Shown here piece after piece: positions 39,928 to 48,566 of a stretch of DNA of 48,566 nucleotides. Both the position numbers and the translations under genes were made by a program. Every line of letters starts with the position of its first letter. Positions within the stretch are counted from its first letter, which is position 1. The notes beneath the pieces are model-generated. The model worked only from the letters and a program-made list of their open reading frames with translations, had not been told where the DNA came from and searched no databases. Source of the stretch: an uncultured Dehalococcoidia bacterium (GTDB taxonomy: Bacteria > Chloroflexota > Dehalococcoidia > Lucifugimonadales > UBA3495); the NCBI GenBank assembly GCA_950072105.1, contig CATMOE010000025.1, positions 1 through 48,566 on the forward strand, written 5' to 3'.

Positions 39928-40470
39928 TTACCTTATATCTGCCCTTTCCGACTGTGAGGAGAATGCGGTCCCCTCTTTGGTTATAGTTATAGGCTGGTTG
40001 GTATGGAATTCCCTAAAGCTCAATCCGAATAAAACCGGCGGCTGGGTATAGGTGATCTTACAATGGACGGTCATGGGTATGGACTCACGACTAAAAGTGG
40101 ACCGAGTTCGAACTCCCCCTTCTGGAGTGATCTCCCTCGTCTGCTTCAGTAATGCAGGAACGTAGAATGCAGTCTGCGGCACGTCAACCGTGGTAGTCGC
40201 CTGCTGGTGGGGGAAGATCGCACCTAACTGATGGCTAGAGGGCTCGAACTCTGACACCGAATAGGTTAGGTCCAGTTTAACGTTTGTCGCGGGTATTTCG
40301 CCTACGTTAGCAACTACGATCTCCCACACTATCGGTTCATCCAGCCCTTCATATTTGGAGGCTGGGCATTTAATCTACTGTACGCCAAGGTACGGGCGAT
40401 TTCGGCCCAGGTAGGTGAAGATCGATGTCAAGAATGCCCCGATGGCGATTAAAATTGATAGGGATGCCAT
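39928..40470 (-). pseudogene. Membrane-anchored hypothetical protein with in-frame TAG
   Basis: MASLSILIAIGAFLTSIFTYLGRNRPYLGVQ*IKCP...VWEIVVANVGEIPATNV; TAG at 40375-40377 in frame with ORF 39928-40329. Confidence 0.6.
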
Positions 40471-40683
40471 AATCAGGAATACCCCACGGCTGGATTAGAC
40501 TGACGTGATCTTGTCCCAAGTTTACATTGCGCCCAAAAGCAAGTGCCCCCGGCGGTGGTATGAACACCCCGAGGGCGTGGCGTCACCCAGAGTGGACCGG
40601 GCAACGCGAAATCTATTATCGCATACATGGACCGTTCGCCCTTTGGTGACGACGGGCTTTTTCTTTTATACGCCGGGGGGTTG

Positions 40684-40829
40684 ACCGGCCCGGCACTCCA
40701 GCAAGAGTGGCTGATGACCGCCAAACCGTAGCGACCGGCCCCAGTGGCGTTGACACGGAAAACGGGGCGACTTATCATCGAACAGGCAATGCGGGCGTAA
40801 CTCAGTGGTAGAGTGTTTGCTTCCCAAGC
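40684..40829 (+). repeat. Direct repeat copy 2 (ahpD-like tail, promoter, tRNA 5' half)
   Basis: Encodes TGPALQQEWLMTAKP*, identical in protein to the selenoprotein tail. Confidence 0.9.
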
Positions 40830-40865
40830 AAAAAGTCGTGAGTTCGAATCTCATCGCCCGCTCCA
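40791..40865 (+). tRNA. tRNA-Gly (anticodon CCC)
   Basis: Acceptor GCGGGCG/CGCCCGC, anticodon arm TTTGC-TTCCCAA-GCAAA, GTTCGAATC T-loop, encoded CCA. Confidence 0.95.
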
Positions 40866-40874
40866 AACAAATAA

Positions 40875-41219
40875 ATGCTGTCCCGGAGGTTACTCGCCAT
40901 CGCTGATCCAGAGTTTATAAGGGTGGCCGACGTCAGTGATATCCCGCCCGGCGAGATGAAAGCCGTGAAGATAGGGTACCGCCAGGAAGTTCTGCTGGTA
41001 AATGTCGATGGGGTGATTCACGCCTGCGACAACTGGTGCAATCATCAAGGATACCGGCTATCGGCGGGAGAGGTGGAGGGGGAAGAAGTACGTTGCGACT
41101 TGCACGGCGCGAGATTCAACGTGACCACGGGAGAGGCGACCGGCCGCCCAGCCACTGAGCCGATAAAGGTGTTCGAGGTCCGTCTCGACGGATCTGACAT
41201 ATTGATAAGGAAATCCTAG
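40875..41219 (+). CDS. Rieske [2Fe-2S] ferredoxin
   Basis: CNH and CDLH ligands; start may be ATC 40899 after GGAGGT. Confidence 0.9.
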   Translation: MLSRRLLAIADPEFIRVADVSDIPPGEMKAVKIGYRQEVLLVNVDGVIHACDNWCNHQGYRLSAGEVEGEEVRCDLHGARFNVTTGEATGRPATEPIKVFEVRLDGSDILIRKS

Positions 41220-41296
41220 GCGGAATGCCGGGGTAGCCTGGCCTCAAGATAGAAATCGCATTTTCCGGAAGCAGTTGGACCTTTAATCATAGAAAA

Positions 41297-41323
41297 CGGG
41301 GCAGCCTAGAGGCTGCCCCTTTC
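41297..41323 (+). terminator. Intrinsic terminator after tRNA/Rieske
   Basis: GGGGCAGCC-taga-GGCTGCCCC-TTT. Confidence 0.7.
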
Positions 41324-41479
41324 GCTTTCACTGGTTGACCTTTTGATTCTCAAGAATAAGCCGTTAGCTCGATTCTCAACAACCTCTGTGCACAAGTTAG
41401 TACAGAGGCGGCCAGACCTTGTTGAAGATTCCTAAAAAGGGTCCAATAGCGGACTCCGAGTATCAAGCCCTACCGTAAT

Positions 41480-41511
41480 AAAAAAGAAGCCGCCTAAATG
41501 GCGGCTTCTTT
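41480..41511 (-). terminator. Intrinsic terminator after zinc-ribbon gene 2
   Basis: AAGAAGCCGCC-taaat-GGCGGCTTCTT with A run on plus. Confidence 0.85.
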
Positions 41512-41525
41512 AACTTACGTAGCTG

Positions 41526-41843
41526 TTACCGCCTCATCGAGCTGAAGCAGTCGCTGCAATAGACCGGCTTGTCGCCCCTGGGCAGGAAGGGGACCTCGGT
41601 GTCGATGCCACACTGGGCGCACACCGCGGGGTGCATCTCTCGTGGTCCACCGTATCCACCACCACCACCGCCCCCGCCCCCGCCGTAGCCCCCGCCTTGG
41701 TTCCGCCGGGCGGACCGGCAAGCCGGGCAGCGGCTAGGCTCGTTGGTGAACCCCTTGGACGCGAAAAATTCTTGTTCTCCGGCTGTGAAAGTGAAAACAG
41801 CTCCACAGTCTCTACAAGTTAGGTCTTTGTCTGAAATCGCCAT
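41526..41843 (-). CDS. Zinc-ribbon protein with CxxC-x17-CxxC domain and Gly-rich linker (paralogue 2)
   Basis: DKDLTCRDC..FTFTAGEQEFF..CPAC; GGGYGGGG; CAQCG..VYCSDC. Confidence 0.9.
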   Translation of the reverse strand: MAISDKDLTCRDCGAVFTFTAGEQEFFASKGFTNEPSRCPACRSARRNQGGGYGGGGGGGGGGYGGPREMHPAVCAQCGIDTEVPFLPRGDKPVYCSDCFSSMRR

Positions 41844-42106
41844 TCGGATGGCCTCCCTATGTGTTGTATTGGTCCAGTTGAGGTCGTCCGATGTAACAGA
41901 AACCTAAACTCGCACCGACTCTTATTTTACCAGATATGTGCGGCGCACCATACCCTGTCAATAAGTAATATATACTTGTGCCTACTATGCCATTCGTGCT
42001 TTATGGCGAATCGATGCACATTCGCGGGGAAAAGTCCGCCCAGCGGTAGGGAAATGTACGCCTGGGAGCGTAAAACAGCTATGGCTGAGCTTGGGAAGTG
42101 CTTGGA

Positions 42107-43039
42107 CTATTCGGGCATATTGCGCAGAATATCTTCCAAAGTCTTGTCCAGCGCCGGGTCAAGACTCACCGACTGCTCGAAGGGCGTGTAGCTGTAGTCA
42201 GACCGAACGCTTTCGATGAGCTGCCTGGCCTCCCGGTTGTTGGAGCTGATTTTCTCCAAGGTTTCCGTCAACTGCCGCGACTCGGCCTCTCCCAGTTCCT
42301 GAAGCTCCGACAAGTCGATATCAAGGTCGAACATAGACTTCAGCCGGCGCATAATATCGTAATAAGACCGGTGGTCCCTGGTGATCCCCACCTGCTCGTT
42401 GTTGGTGGAAAAGGGATACATGGGGGCCATGGACCCCAAGCGGAACATGTCCACGTCCGGATGTTCGAAATGGGCCAGCGTCACCAGCGCCATAGCTATG
42501 GTAGGGCCCCTGCGCCCTTCGCTGCCGTAGCTGGAAAACTGCACCCCGATCTTGTCCAGGTCCTCTTTCATTTCGGCCTTGCTGTAGACGCAAGTGACCC
42601 GTCTTTCCATCTCCGGCGGAACCGGGCCGTTGACTCCTTCCACGGCCACGGTGGTCTGGATGCCCAGCTCACTGACGGCCTGGAAGAAGGCTTGGCCGAA
42701 TATCTCGATGTGGAACCAGGGTTCTTCTCCCCTGAAGATGATCAGCCCGTTGCCCGCGTCGTAGAAATAGTTTTCCCTGTACATGTCCTTGGTGGGCAGT
42801 CCGTCCTCGTAGGCCGCCAGGGGGCGGAACGTATCGTGGGTCCCCGCAACCTGAAAGGGATAGCAGTCGTGAGAGACTGCCGGACTCATCTCTCCGATCT
42901 TTTTGGCGCCTAATTTCTCGATCAGGTACCTGGTCAATCCTCCGGACACCCGTCCGCCGTCGGACCACTGGCGGCGCCAGCCCGCTATCAGATACTTGGC
43001 TTGAGGCTTCTCTGAAAAGATCATTAATTCATCGGGCAT
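42107..43039 (-). CDS. PAC2 family (proteasome assembly chaperone-like) protein
   Basis: IAGWRRQWSDGG, GEEPWF, GPVPP, LDIDLSEL. Confidence 0.75.
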   Translation of the reverse strand: MPDELMIFSEKPQAKYLIAGWRRQWSDGGRVSGGLTRYLIEKLGAKKIGEMSPAVSHDCYPFQVAGTHDTFRPLAAYEDGLPTKDMYRENYFYDAGNGLIIFRGEEPWFHIEIFGQAFFQAVSELGIQTTVAVEGVNGPVPPEMERRVTCVYSKAEMKEDLDKIGVQFSSYGSEGRRGPTIAMALVTLAHFEHPDVDMFRLGSMAPMYPFSTNNEQVGITRDHRSYYDIMRRLKSMFDLDIDLSELQELGEAESRQLTETLEKISSNNREARQLIESVRSDYSYTPFEQSVSLDPALDKTLEDILRNMPE

Positions 43040-43058
43040 CAGGCTCTTCTCCTATACT

Positions 43059-43847
43059 CTACGAAGAGGCATTGATGGATGTTTTAACTTGGTCTCCGAT
43101 AGAGACGTTACCAGGATGTTCTACGATTCCATATACCCCGAAATATACTGCTCCCGAACTGGGCCGGTACTGCGCGATCAACTCCCGGGTCTCGAAATCC
43201 GCCTGCCCAGTGTCTGGATCAAGGCAAGTGATGGCGCATCTCGGGTCTCTGGCCACCACCTGAAGGAGCATATCATCTCCGATCTGTATGGTTTCGCCTA
43301 GCCAGGTGTCCTCTTCGTGGGGCTCACATCCACCGATCAAAAAGTTTGGACGGAACCTACGGACATCCAAAGACACCGTATTATCCGCTTGGCCGTTCAA
43401 CACATCCAATGAGGCTTGAGACAGTAACGAGATGGGATATTCATCGAAGCATTGCCCTGGAGCGCTTGAGAGGACCAATCGAACGGTCTGACCGCAAAAG
43501 TCCGAGAGAGCGTCGGCCCAATCCCCGATTACCACCGACCCCATCACATCGCGGCCCCACAGCTTGGTTGCCACCGGCTCTCCGAGTTCCAGCCGTCCTT
43601 CGATCGTAGCGCCACCGGGTATAACCAAACTAAGCCAATCCGGATCGCCGCGGTAATCAGCTTTTACTCGCGTCAGCCGCCCCATCTCTCTCTGGGTCAC
43701 CAGTCTATCACGATTGTCCAACAAAAAGAGCCGCCGGTCTTCCATGATGCCGCTCGTGCCAACATGCACCGTGCCGGCATTGACCAGACCCAGGGATTTC
43801 ACGGGCGAGATATTGATTTCTAGTACCGATTTCATGTGGGAATTCAA
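43059..43847 (-). CDS. MOSC domain protein
   Basis: ISPVKS, EDRR, RRFRPNFLI, EEDTW, PRC, FGVYG. Confidence 0.9.
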   Translation of the reverse strand: MNSHMKSVLEINISPVKSLGLVNAGTVHVGTSGIMEDRRLFLLDNRDRLVTQREMGRLTRVKADYRGDPDWLSLVIPGGATIEGRLELGEPVATKLWGRDVMGSVVIGDWADALSDFCGQTVRLVLSSAPGQCFDEYPISLLSQASLDVLNGQADNTVSLDVRRFRPNFLIGGCEPHEEDTWLGETIQIGDDMLLQVVARDPRCAITCLDPDTGQADFETRELIAQYRPSSGAVYFGVYGIVEHPGNVSIGDQVKTSINASS

Positions 43848-43971
43848 CTACTAATGATACCAGAGACGCCGGCTTAACTCGTGCCCTTGACGCTTACATC
43901 AGCGCCCACTAGTATCCGGAGAGCGTCCGCGACTTATCGGGGTACTGCATATCGGCCTAAGGAGACATCCA

Positions 43972-45123
43972 TTGAAAATCACCGGAGTGACCACCTTCCT
44001 CGCCCATCCGGGAGTTGGGAAGAACCTGTGCTTCGTCAAACTTGACACCGACGAAGGCATCCACGGTTGGGGGGAGTGTTACACCCAGTCGGACCGGGAC
44101 CTTCAAATAGTGGCTCATGTCGATCAACTGGAGCGCTACCTGGTGGGCCGGGACCCTTTCAACATCAAGCACTTCACCCAGGTGGCCTACGACGACATCG
44201 CCGGACGTCGCGGGGCGATGGATTTTTATTGCGCGATAAGCGGTCTTGAGCAGGCCATGTGGGACATAACCGGCAAGAAGCTGGGAGCCCCTGTGCATCA
44301 ATTGTTGGGCGGAGCTTGCCGGGACAAGATAAGGGTCTACGCCAACGGATGGTCCGAGGGCGCCAAGACGCCTGGGGCCCTGGCCGAGAAGGCATCCCAA
44401 GTGATTGAGATGGGCTTCACCGCCCTAAAGTTCGACCCGATTCCCGGTCCCTGGCGTAGCTACGTCAGCCGGGAAGTAGAGGAAGCGGCGGTGGAAAACG
44501 TGGCCGCGGTGCGCCAAGCCGTGGGACCGGACGCGGAGATACTGGTGGAGATGCACCGCCGCCTGGCCCCCATGCACACCGTGCGCATCGCTAGGAACAT
44601 CGAACAGTTCCGGCCATTCTGGTACGAGGAGCCGGTGCTGGCCGAAAACGTCGACGCGCTGGCGGCGGTCAAGCGTGAGATTAACATCCCCATCGTCACC
44701 GGTGAAGAGCTGTACACCAAGTTTGAATTCCGGGAGATCTTCGAGAAACAGGCCGCCGACATCATCAACCCGGACGTGTGCAACGTCGGCGGTATCCTGG
44801 AGCTGAAAGAGATCGCGGCCATGGCCGAACCGTACTACGTGGTGGTGTCACCCCATAACTACAACAGCACCACGGTGGGACTGGCGGCGACGCTGCAGGT
44901 GTCCACCAACATACCCAACTTCCTCATTACCGAGTACTTCGTGAACTTGGAAGGGTTCGGCCAGGAGATCGCCCACAATCCCTTCCAGGTCAAGGACGGG
45001 TATATAAGCATCCCGCAAGGCCCCGGCTTGGGCATCGAGTTGAACGAGGATGCCCTGAAGCAACACCCCTACCAGCCCTTCCCGGCCCGCTCACCCCGGC
45101 AGTTTTACGAGGAGGGGCCCTAA
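43972..45123 (+). CDS. Enolase-superfamily acid-sugar dehydratase (DgoD/mandelate racemase-like)
   Basis: TDEGIHGWGE, MWDITGK, ALKFDP, VEMH, EEPV, TGEEL, SPHN. Confidence 0.88.
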   Translation: MKITGVTTFLAHPGVGKNLCFVKLDTDEGIHGWGECYTQSDRDLQIVAHVDQLERYLVGRDPFNIKHFTQVAYDDIAGRRGAMDFYCAISGLEQAMWDITGKKLGAPVHQLLGGACRDKIRVYANGWSEGAKTPGALAEKASQVIEMGFTALKFDPIPGPWRSYVSREVEEAAVENVAAVRQAVGPDAEILVEMHRRLAPMHTVRIARNIEQFRPFWYEEPVLAENVDALAAVKREINIPIVTGEELYTKFEFREIFEKQAADIINPDVCNVGGILELKEIAAMAEPYYVVVSPHNYNSTTVGLAATLQVSTNIPNFLITEYFVNLEGFGQEIAHNPFQVKDGYISIPQGPGLGIELNEDALKQHPYQPFPARSPRQFYEEGP

Positions 45124-45155
45124 ATCCCACCAACCCCCATTTACGAAAGGGGGCT
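45122..45155. repeat. REP-like palindrome family A (copy 2)
   Basis: AAATCCCACCAACCCCCATTTACGAAAGGGGGC, an inverted near-copy of 1007-1040. Confidence 0.65.
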
Positions 45156-45224
45156 ACTCGCCGTCGTTATCAAAGTCGCGCCCGTTTTGAGTCAAGCTGT
45201 CAGACTCAAGAGTTTTGTTTGAAG

Positions 45225-46657
45225 TTAAAAAGCACCGGCGGATTTATCCCGTTCACTTCGCCGGTCCCGCATAGCTATTGGAACAATCGATCGAGACAAG
45301 CGGCCCACCAGACCGGCTCGGAACGCCTCAGCTGAATCTTGCAGCAGTTCTCGACTTATTCCGGGCTTACGAACGACCTCGTCAGCCATGTGTGCAGTGG
45401 TGCCTGCCATGAGAACCAATCGACTATCAATCTCATCGTCATCTAGTCCGTTAGCTATGAGCACGATCATGTCCGCGCTCAAGAGCCTTTCCCGGACCTG
45501 ATAAAAGACATCGCCTGCGACGGTTTCTAAGAAAAACCACTCTTCCAGATCCGTTGGGGAGGGGAACCTCACGCCGGGTTTTGAGATTGCCGCCTCGGAA
45601 TAAAAGGCTCCGATATCGGCGGCGAGATAACGTAGCAACTGGGGCATCGGGTGATTGTAACCATCCGGAACTGTCATGCCGGCGTCCGCAGAGAATGTCA
45701 CCAAGATTTCAAGCATCTCGCCGATCGAATCGGCGTCCTTACCGCTCGTTCCGACCGTAGTTCGGCCTCGTACGCGAAGTCCTTCATCGAACCATGGCCG
45801 CAGCAGTTGCGCTTCTGTACGCAGTTGTGCCTTTAACGATTCTGACTGGGTACTTGGTTCAACGTCTGGGAAAGTTACTGGGCAGGACCAACCCTCTTCG
45901 GAAGGGATATCGTCGCCGTTAATGTTGTCGGGATAGTCGATCAACGCGGGAGCGGTAGGCTGATCCACCAATCCCAACGTTTGGCGCAATACGTCTAATT
46001 GGACATCTGGGCGGTCTGGCGGACCCAGCGGCCGCCCAGCACCCACAATGCCCGAGGTGGCCGTACCGCCTCTGTAACTGGTCTGATTAAGCTCACCTGG
46101 ACCGTCGCGATACCGGCGCCACCGTCGTTCGCGGCTCGTTCTATGTATTGTGACAGCACGCCCACGGCGTAGGTGCAACCGGGTCAAACGGGGATGAGGA
46201 GAACTAGATTGACGTTGTCTCCGACAAGGAGTCGTGAAACCTCTGTCGCGGCAGGCTCCATCCGTTCCGGCGCGGTTGATCCCATGAAAGAATAATGCCA
46301 ATCCGCGACAGAGCCTATTTCCTGCAAGTCGATCAAAGTTCTCAGGTGGTCCAGCGGAAAACACACATTCACGTCTTGTTGGTATGCACTGCGGTCAAAA
46401 TTTGTGCTGGAATGCGTCATCGCCAGATCTTTATAGTCGATATCGCCGGGTATGATTCGATAATCTCCCTCGTGACCCGTGAATGGCCGGTCGTCAAACC
46501 GATGGATCGCAGCCGTCGTTACGATGGCGATCCGGGCATAGATCAACTTCGGAGCTTCTACCCAAGGTGTCTGTTTAAAGGGCGCCGAATATCTTCCATC
46601 TAGCCGCTCCTTTAGACTAGCTTGTTCATTTGGATGAATATCTTTCCAACGGACCAT
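45225..46657 (-). pseudogene. PrdB/GrdB-like selenoprotein (UxxC) with C-terminal extension; frameshift near 46040
   Basis: IAIVTTA, DVNVCFPLD, HYSFMG, LIPV-U-PGCTYAVGV (TGA 46184-46186), RPPRALWV, then frame change to GRPLGPPDRPDVQ in ORF 45225-46364. Confidence 0.75.
46158..46170 (-). promoter_or_regulatory. Candidate SECIS hairpin
   Basis: mRNA ACGCC-GUG-GGCGU; loop G about 19 nt after UGA. Confidence 0.5.
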
Positions 46658-46851
46658 ATGTAGCGCCTCTCGCTTGTGATTGATTGAAGATGGACATGAA
46701 GTAGATTTACCTAGAAACGATCGAACTGAACGATTATACATCCTGGGGTAAGACGCACTTTTGTGGCGTTTGACGGGATTCGGGGCAGGTGCTAACGTTC
46801 CCCCATCACCCGGGAATCTCATATTAGATAGCTACGTATTGGAGCGATCGA

Positions 46852-47970
46852 TTGTCACACATCGTGTTGCGCTGCCCTCGATGCGGCAGAACCCGCCCGG
46901 CCGATATGTCAACGGATGTTTGTCGCGACTGCGCCGCACCGCTGGACGTCGAGTACCTCGATGACCACAAGCCAGTTGGAAATTCAGACACCTACGAAGC
47001 CCGGACCCCGGTGCACGATTCAAGTTCCGGTGTTTCTCTGGGAGAGGGGGGCACCCCGTGCGTACACCTAAAGGCCCTTGGTGAGAATCTGGGCATGCGG
47101 CGTCTGCACGGGAAGCTGGAATTCTTGAATCCGACAGGGTCGTTCAAGGACCGGGGCACCGCGGTGATGATTTCTGTCGCCATGGATCACGGGGTGACCG
47201 AGCTCGTTGAAGACTCGTCAGGAAACGCCGGGGCGTCAGTATCGGCCTACTCAGCTCGCGCCGGCATAAAGGCCCACGTATTCGTGCCCGCCGACGCTCC
47301 GCAGGCCAAGCTACGGCAGATCAAGGTTTATGGCGCCGAAGTTCACCCTATCGAAGGACCCCGGGATGCCGTAACCGCGGCGGCCATGGATTACCATCGA
47401 CAACACGGCCTGGTCTACGCATCCCACATGTTGAGCCCTTACTTCGCCGAAGGCACGAAAACCTTCGCCTACGAGGTGGCGCAACAGTTTGATGGAGCGC
47501 TTCCCGACCACATCGTCTTCCCCGTGGGCAACGGCTCCCTATTCATAGGCGCCTTCAAGGGATTTTGCGAGCTGCAAGCCGCGGGACGCACCGATAAGAT
47601 ACCCAGGCTCCATTGCGTTCAGGCGCGTAGCGTCATGCCCCTGGTCGCTGCCTTCACGAGCCAAGCCTGGAACCCAGGGACAGTCTCGAGAACGGTGGCC
47701 GGCGGTATCGCCATAGCGGCGCCCTCTCGACAAGAGCAGATCCTCGATATCCTGCGCCAGGTGGAAGGGACCGCCGTAGCGGTCGAGGAATCAAGCATCG
47801 TGAAGATGCAACATGCTCTGGCGGAGCAGGAAGGTATATTCGCCGAGCCCACGTCGGCGGCCGCGTTCGCGGGCCTCGAGGAGATCGCGAAGCAAGGCGT
47901 CATCCGGGAAAACGATACTGTGCTCGTGCCCGTCACCGGCTTCGGCCTAAAAGACGAAGTGCCCCTGTAA
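46852..47970 (+). CDS. thrC: Threonine synthase family PLP enzyme
   Basis: CPRC/CRDC Zn motif, SLGEGGTP, NPTGSFKDRG, SSGNAG, PVGNGS, EPTSA, TGFGLK. Confidence 0.8.
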   Translation: MSHIVLRCPRCGRTRPADMSTDVCRDCAAPLDVEYLDDHKPVGNSDTYEARTPVHDSSSGVSLGEGGTPCVHLKALGENLGMRRLHGKLEFLNPTGSFKDRGTAVMISVAMDHGVTELVEDSSGNAGASVSAYSARAGIKAHVFVPADAPQAKLRQIKVYGAEVHPIEGPRDAVTAAAMDYHRQHGLVYASHMLSPYFAEGTKTFAYEVAQQFDGALPDHIVFPVGNGSLFIGAFKGFCELQAAGRTDKIPRLHCVQARSVMPLVAAFTSQAWNPGTVSRTVAGGIAIAAPSRQEQILDILRQVEGTAVAVEESSIVKMQHALAEQEGIFAEPTSAAAFAGLEEIAKQGVIRENDTVLVPVTGFGLKDEVPL

Positions 47971-48071
47971 GCTGTACCGAACAGCGCTATCGGCGAATAG
48001 TGAACGTGGGCGAGAATATTTGACAACTCTCGCAACCAGCGACAACTATCATAAGAATGAGAGGAACGGAA

Positions 48072-48566
48072 ATGCCTATTAGCGGAAGCAGGAATACCGG
48101 CCCGAATTTGGCCTTTGTCGACTGTGAGATTGACGCCAACGCTGGTGCGGGCGGCGGCTCGGGGCAGGTGCCTGCGCAAGCCCGCCGCGAGGTCGTCATT
48201 AGTGGGAAGAGAGTCAAGACCGTGGACATCCATGCGCATTGCATCGTCCCGGAGGCTGCGCAACTGATCAATCGCTCACTGGAATCGCCGGGTCTTCTGT
48301 GGTCCAATATCGGCGACCGTCTGGCGCAGATGGATCGATCGGGCGTCGATGTCCAGGCGCTCAGCATCAATCCTTACTGGTACCAGGCCGACCGCGATGC
48401 CGTCGCCGAATTGATCCGGGTGCAGAACGAGGCCCTGGCCGGGTTCTGCGCGTCGCAACCGGATCGGTTCATCGCCTTTGCGACTGCGTCATTGCAATAT
48501 CCTGACCTCGCAGCTGAACAGGTCGAGCAGGCAGTCAAAACCCTCGGCTTCCGCGGCATTGGCGTT
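48072..48566 (+). CDS. Amidohydrolase_2 (ACMSD-like) protein, partial, runs off the window
   Basis: Open from ATG 48072 after GAGGA: VKTVDIHAH, RLAQMDRSGVDVQALS, QNEALA, PDRFIAFA; absent from the ORF track. Confidence 0.85.
   Translation, partial: MPISGSRNTGPNLAFVDCEIDANAGAGGGSGQVPAQARREVVISGKRVKTVDIHAHCIVPEAAQLINRSLESPGLLWSNIGDRLAQMDRSGVDVQALSINPYWYQADRDAVAELIRVQNEALAGFCASQPDRFIAFATASLQYPDLAAEQVEQAVKTLGFRGIGV

Noticed and set aside
37027..40377. TAG recoding (pyrrolysine or alternative code) suggested by two in-frame TAGs
   Set aside because: TAG is the evident true stop of many genes here (3231, 21590, 29131, 36171, 38416), neither site is catalytic, and no pyl genes are seen.
2362..42913. 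Long antisense or overlapping ORFs (e.g. 2362-3090, 14637-15509, 23402-24097, 42098-42913, 9413-9973)
   Set aside because: They are shadows of well-supported genes in GC-rich DNA and show no recognisable motifs.
1..48566. CRISPR array, integrase or transposase
   Set aside because: No regularly spaced repeats with unique spacers and no recombinase motifs in any ORF.

Overview
A 48.6-kb GC-rich bacterial chromosomal segment. Gene content (luciferase-like and F420-type oxidoreductases, an enolase-superfamily dehydratase, CoA transferase, reductive-dehalogenase-like proteins, PAC2, CxxC-x17-CxxC zinc ribbons) suggests Chloroflexota/Dehalococcoidia, SAR202-like; this is inference. It holds about 45 mostly catabolic, transport and regulatory genes, one tRNA-Gly(CCC) and three families of short REP-like palindromes. 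No integrase, transposase or CRISPR was seen. Highlights: (1) a recurring integrase-free pattern, 'gene - cargo - diverged copy of that gene's 3' end', at the amidase, hpaB-like and ahpD-like/tRNA-Gly loci, plus a nested 80-bp repeat starting at the tRNA anticodon loop; (2) two probable selenoproteins that the ORF track splits at in-frame UGA, an AhpD-like CxxU protein and a PrdB-like UxxC protein, each with a similarly placed SECIS-like hairpin; (3) a three-gene cluster of a reductive-dehalogenase-like enzyme, an Fe-S-less Rdh-like domain and a ferredoxin-GlcG/HbpS fusion; (4) a conserved RBS-sequestering leader on two zinc-ribbon paralogues; (5) tandem Asp-less LuxR pseudo-receivers with a candidate sRNA between them. 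Five genes carry a single frameshift or nonsense codon (pseudogenes or assembly errors). All family calls come from motif recognition by eye, not database searches.
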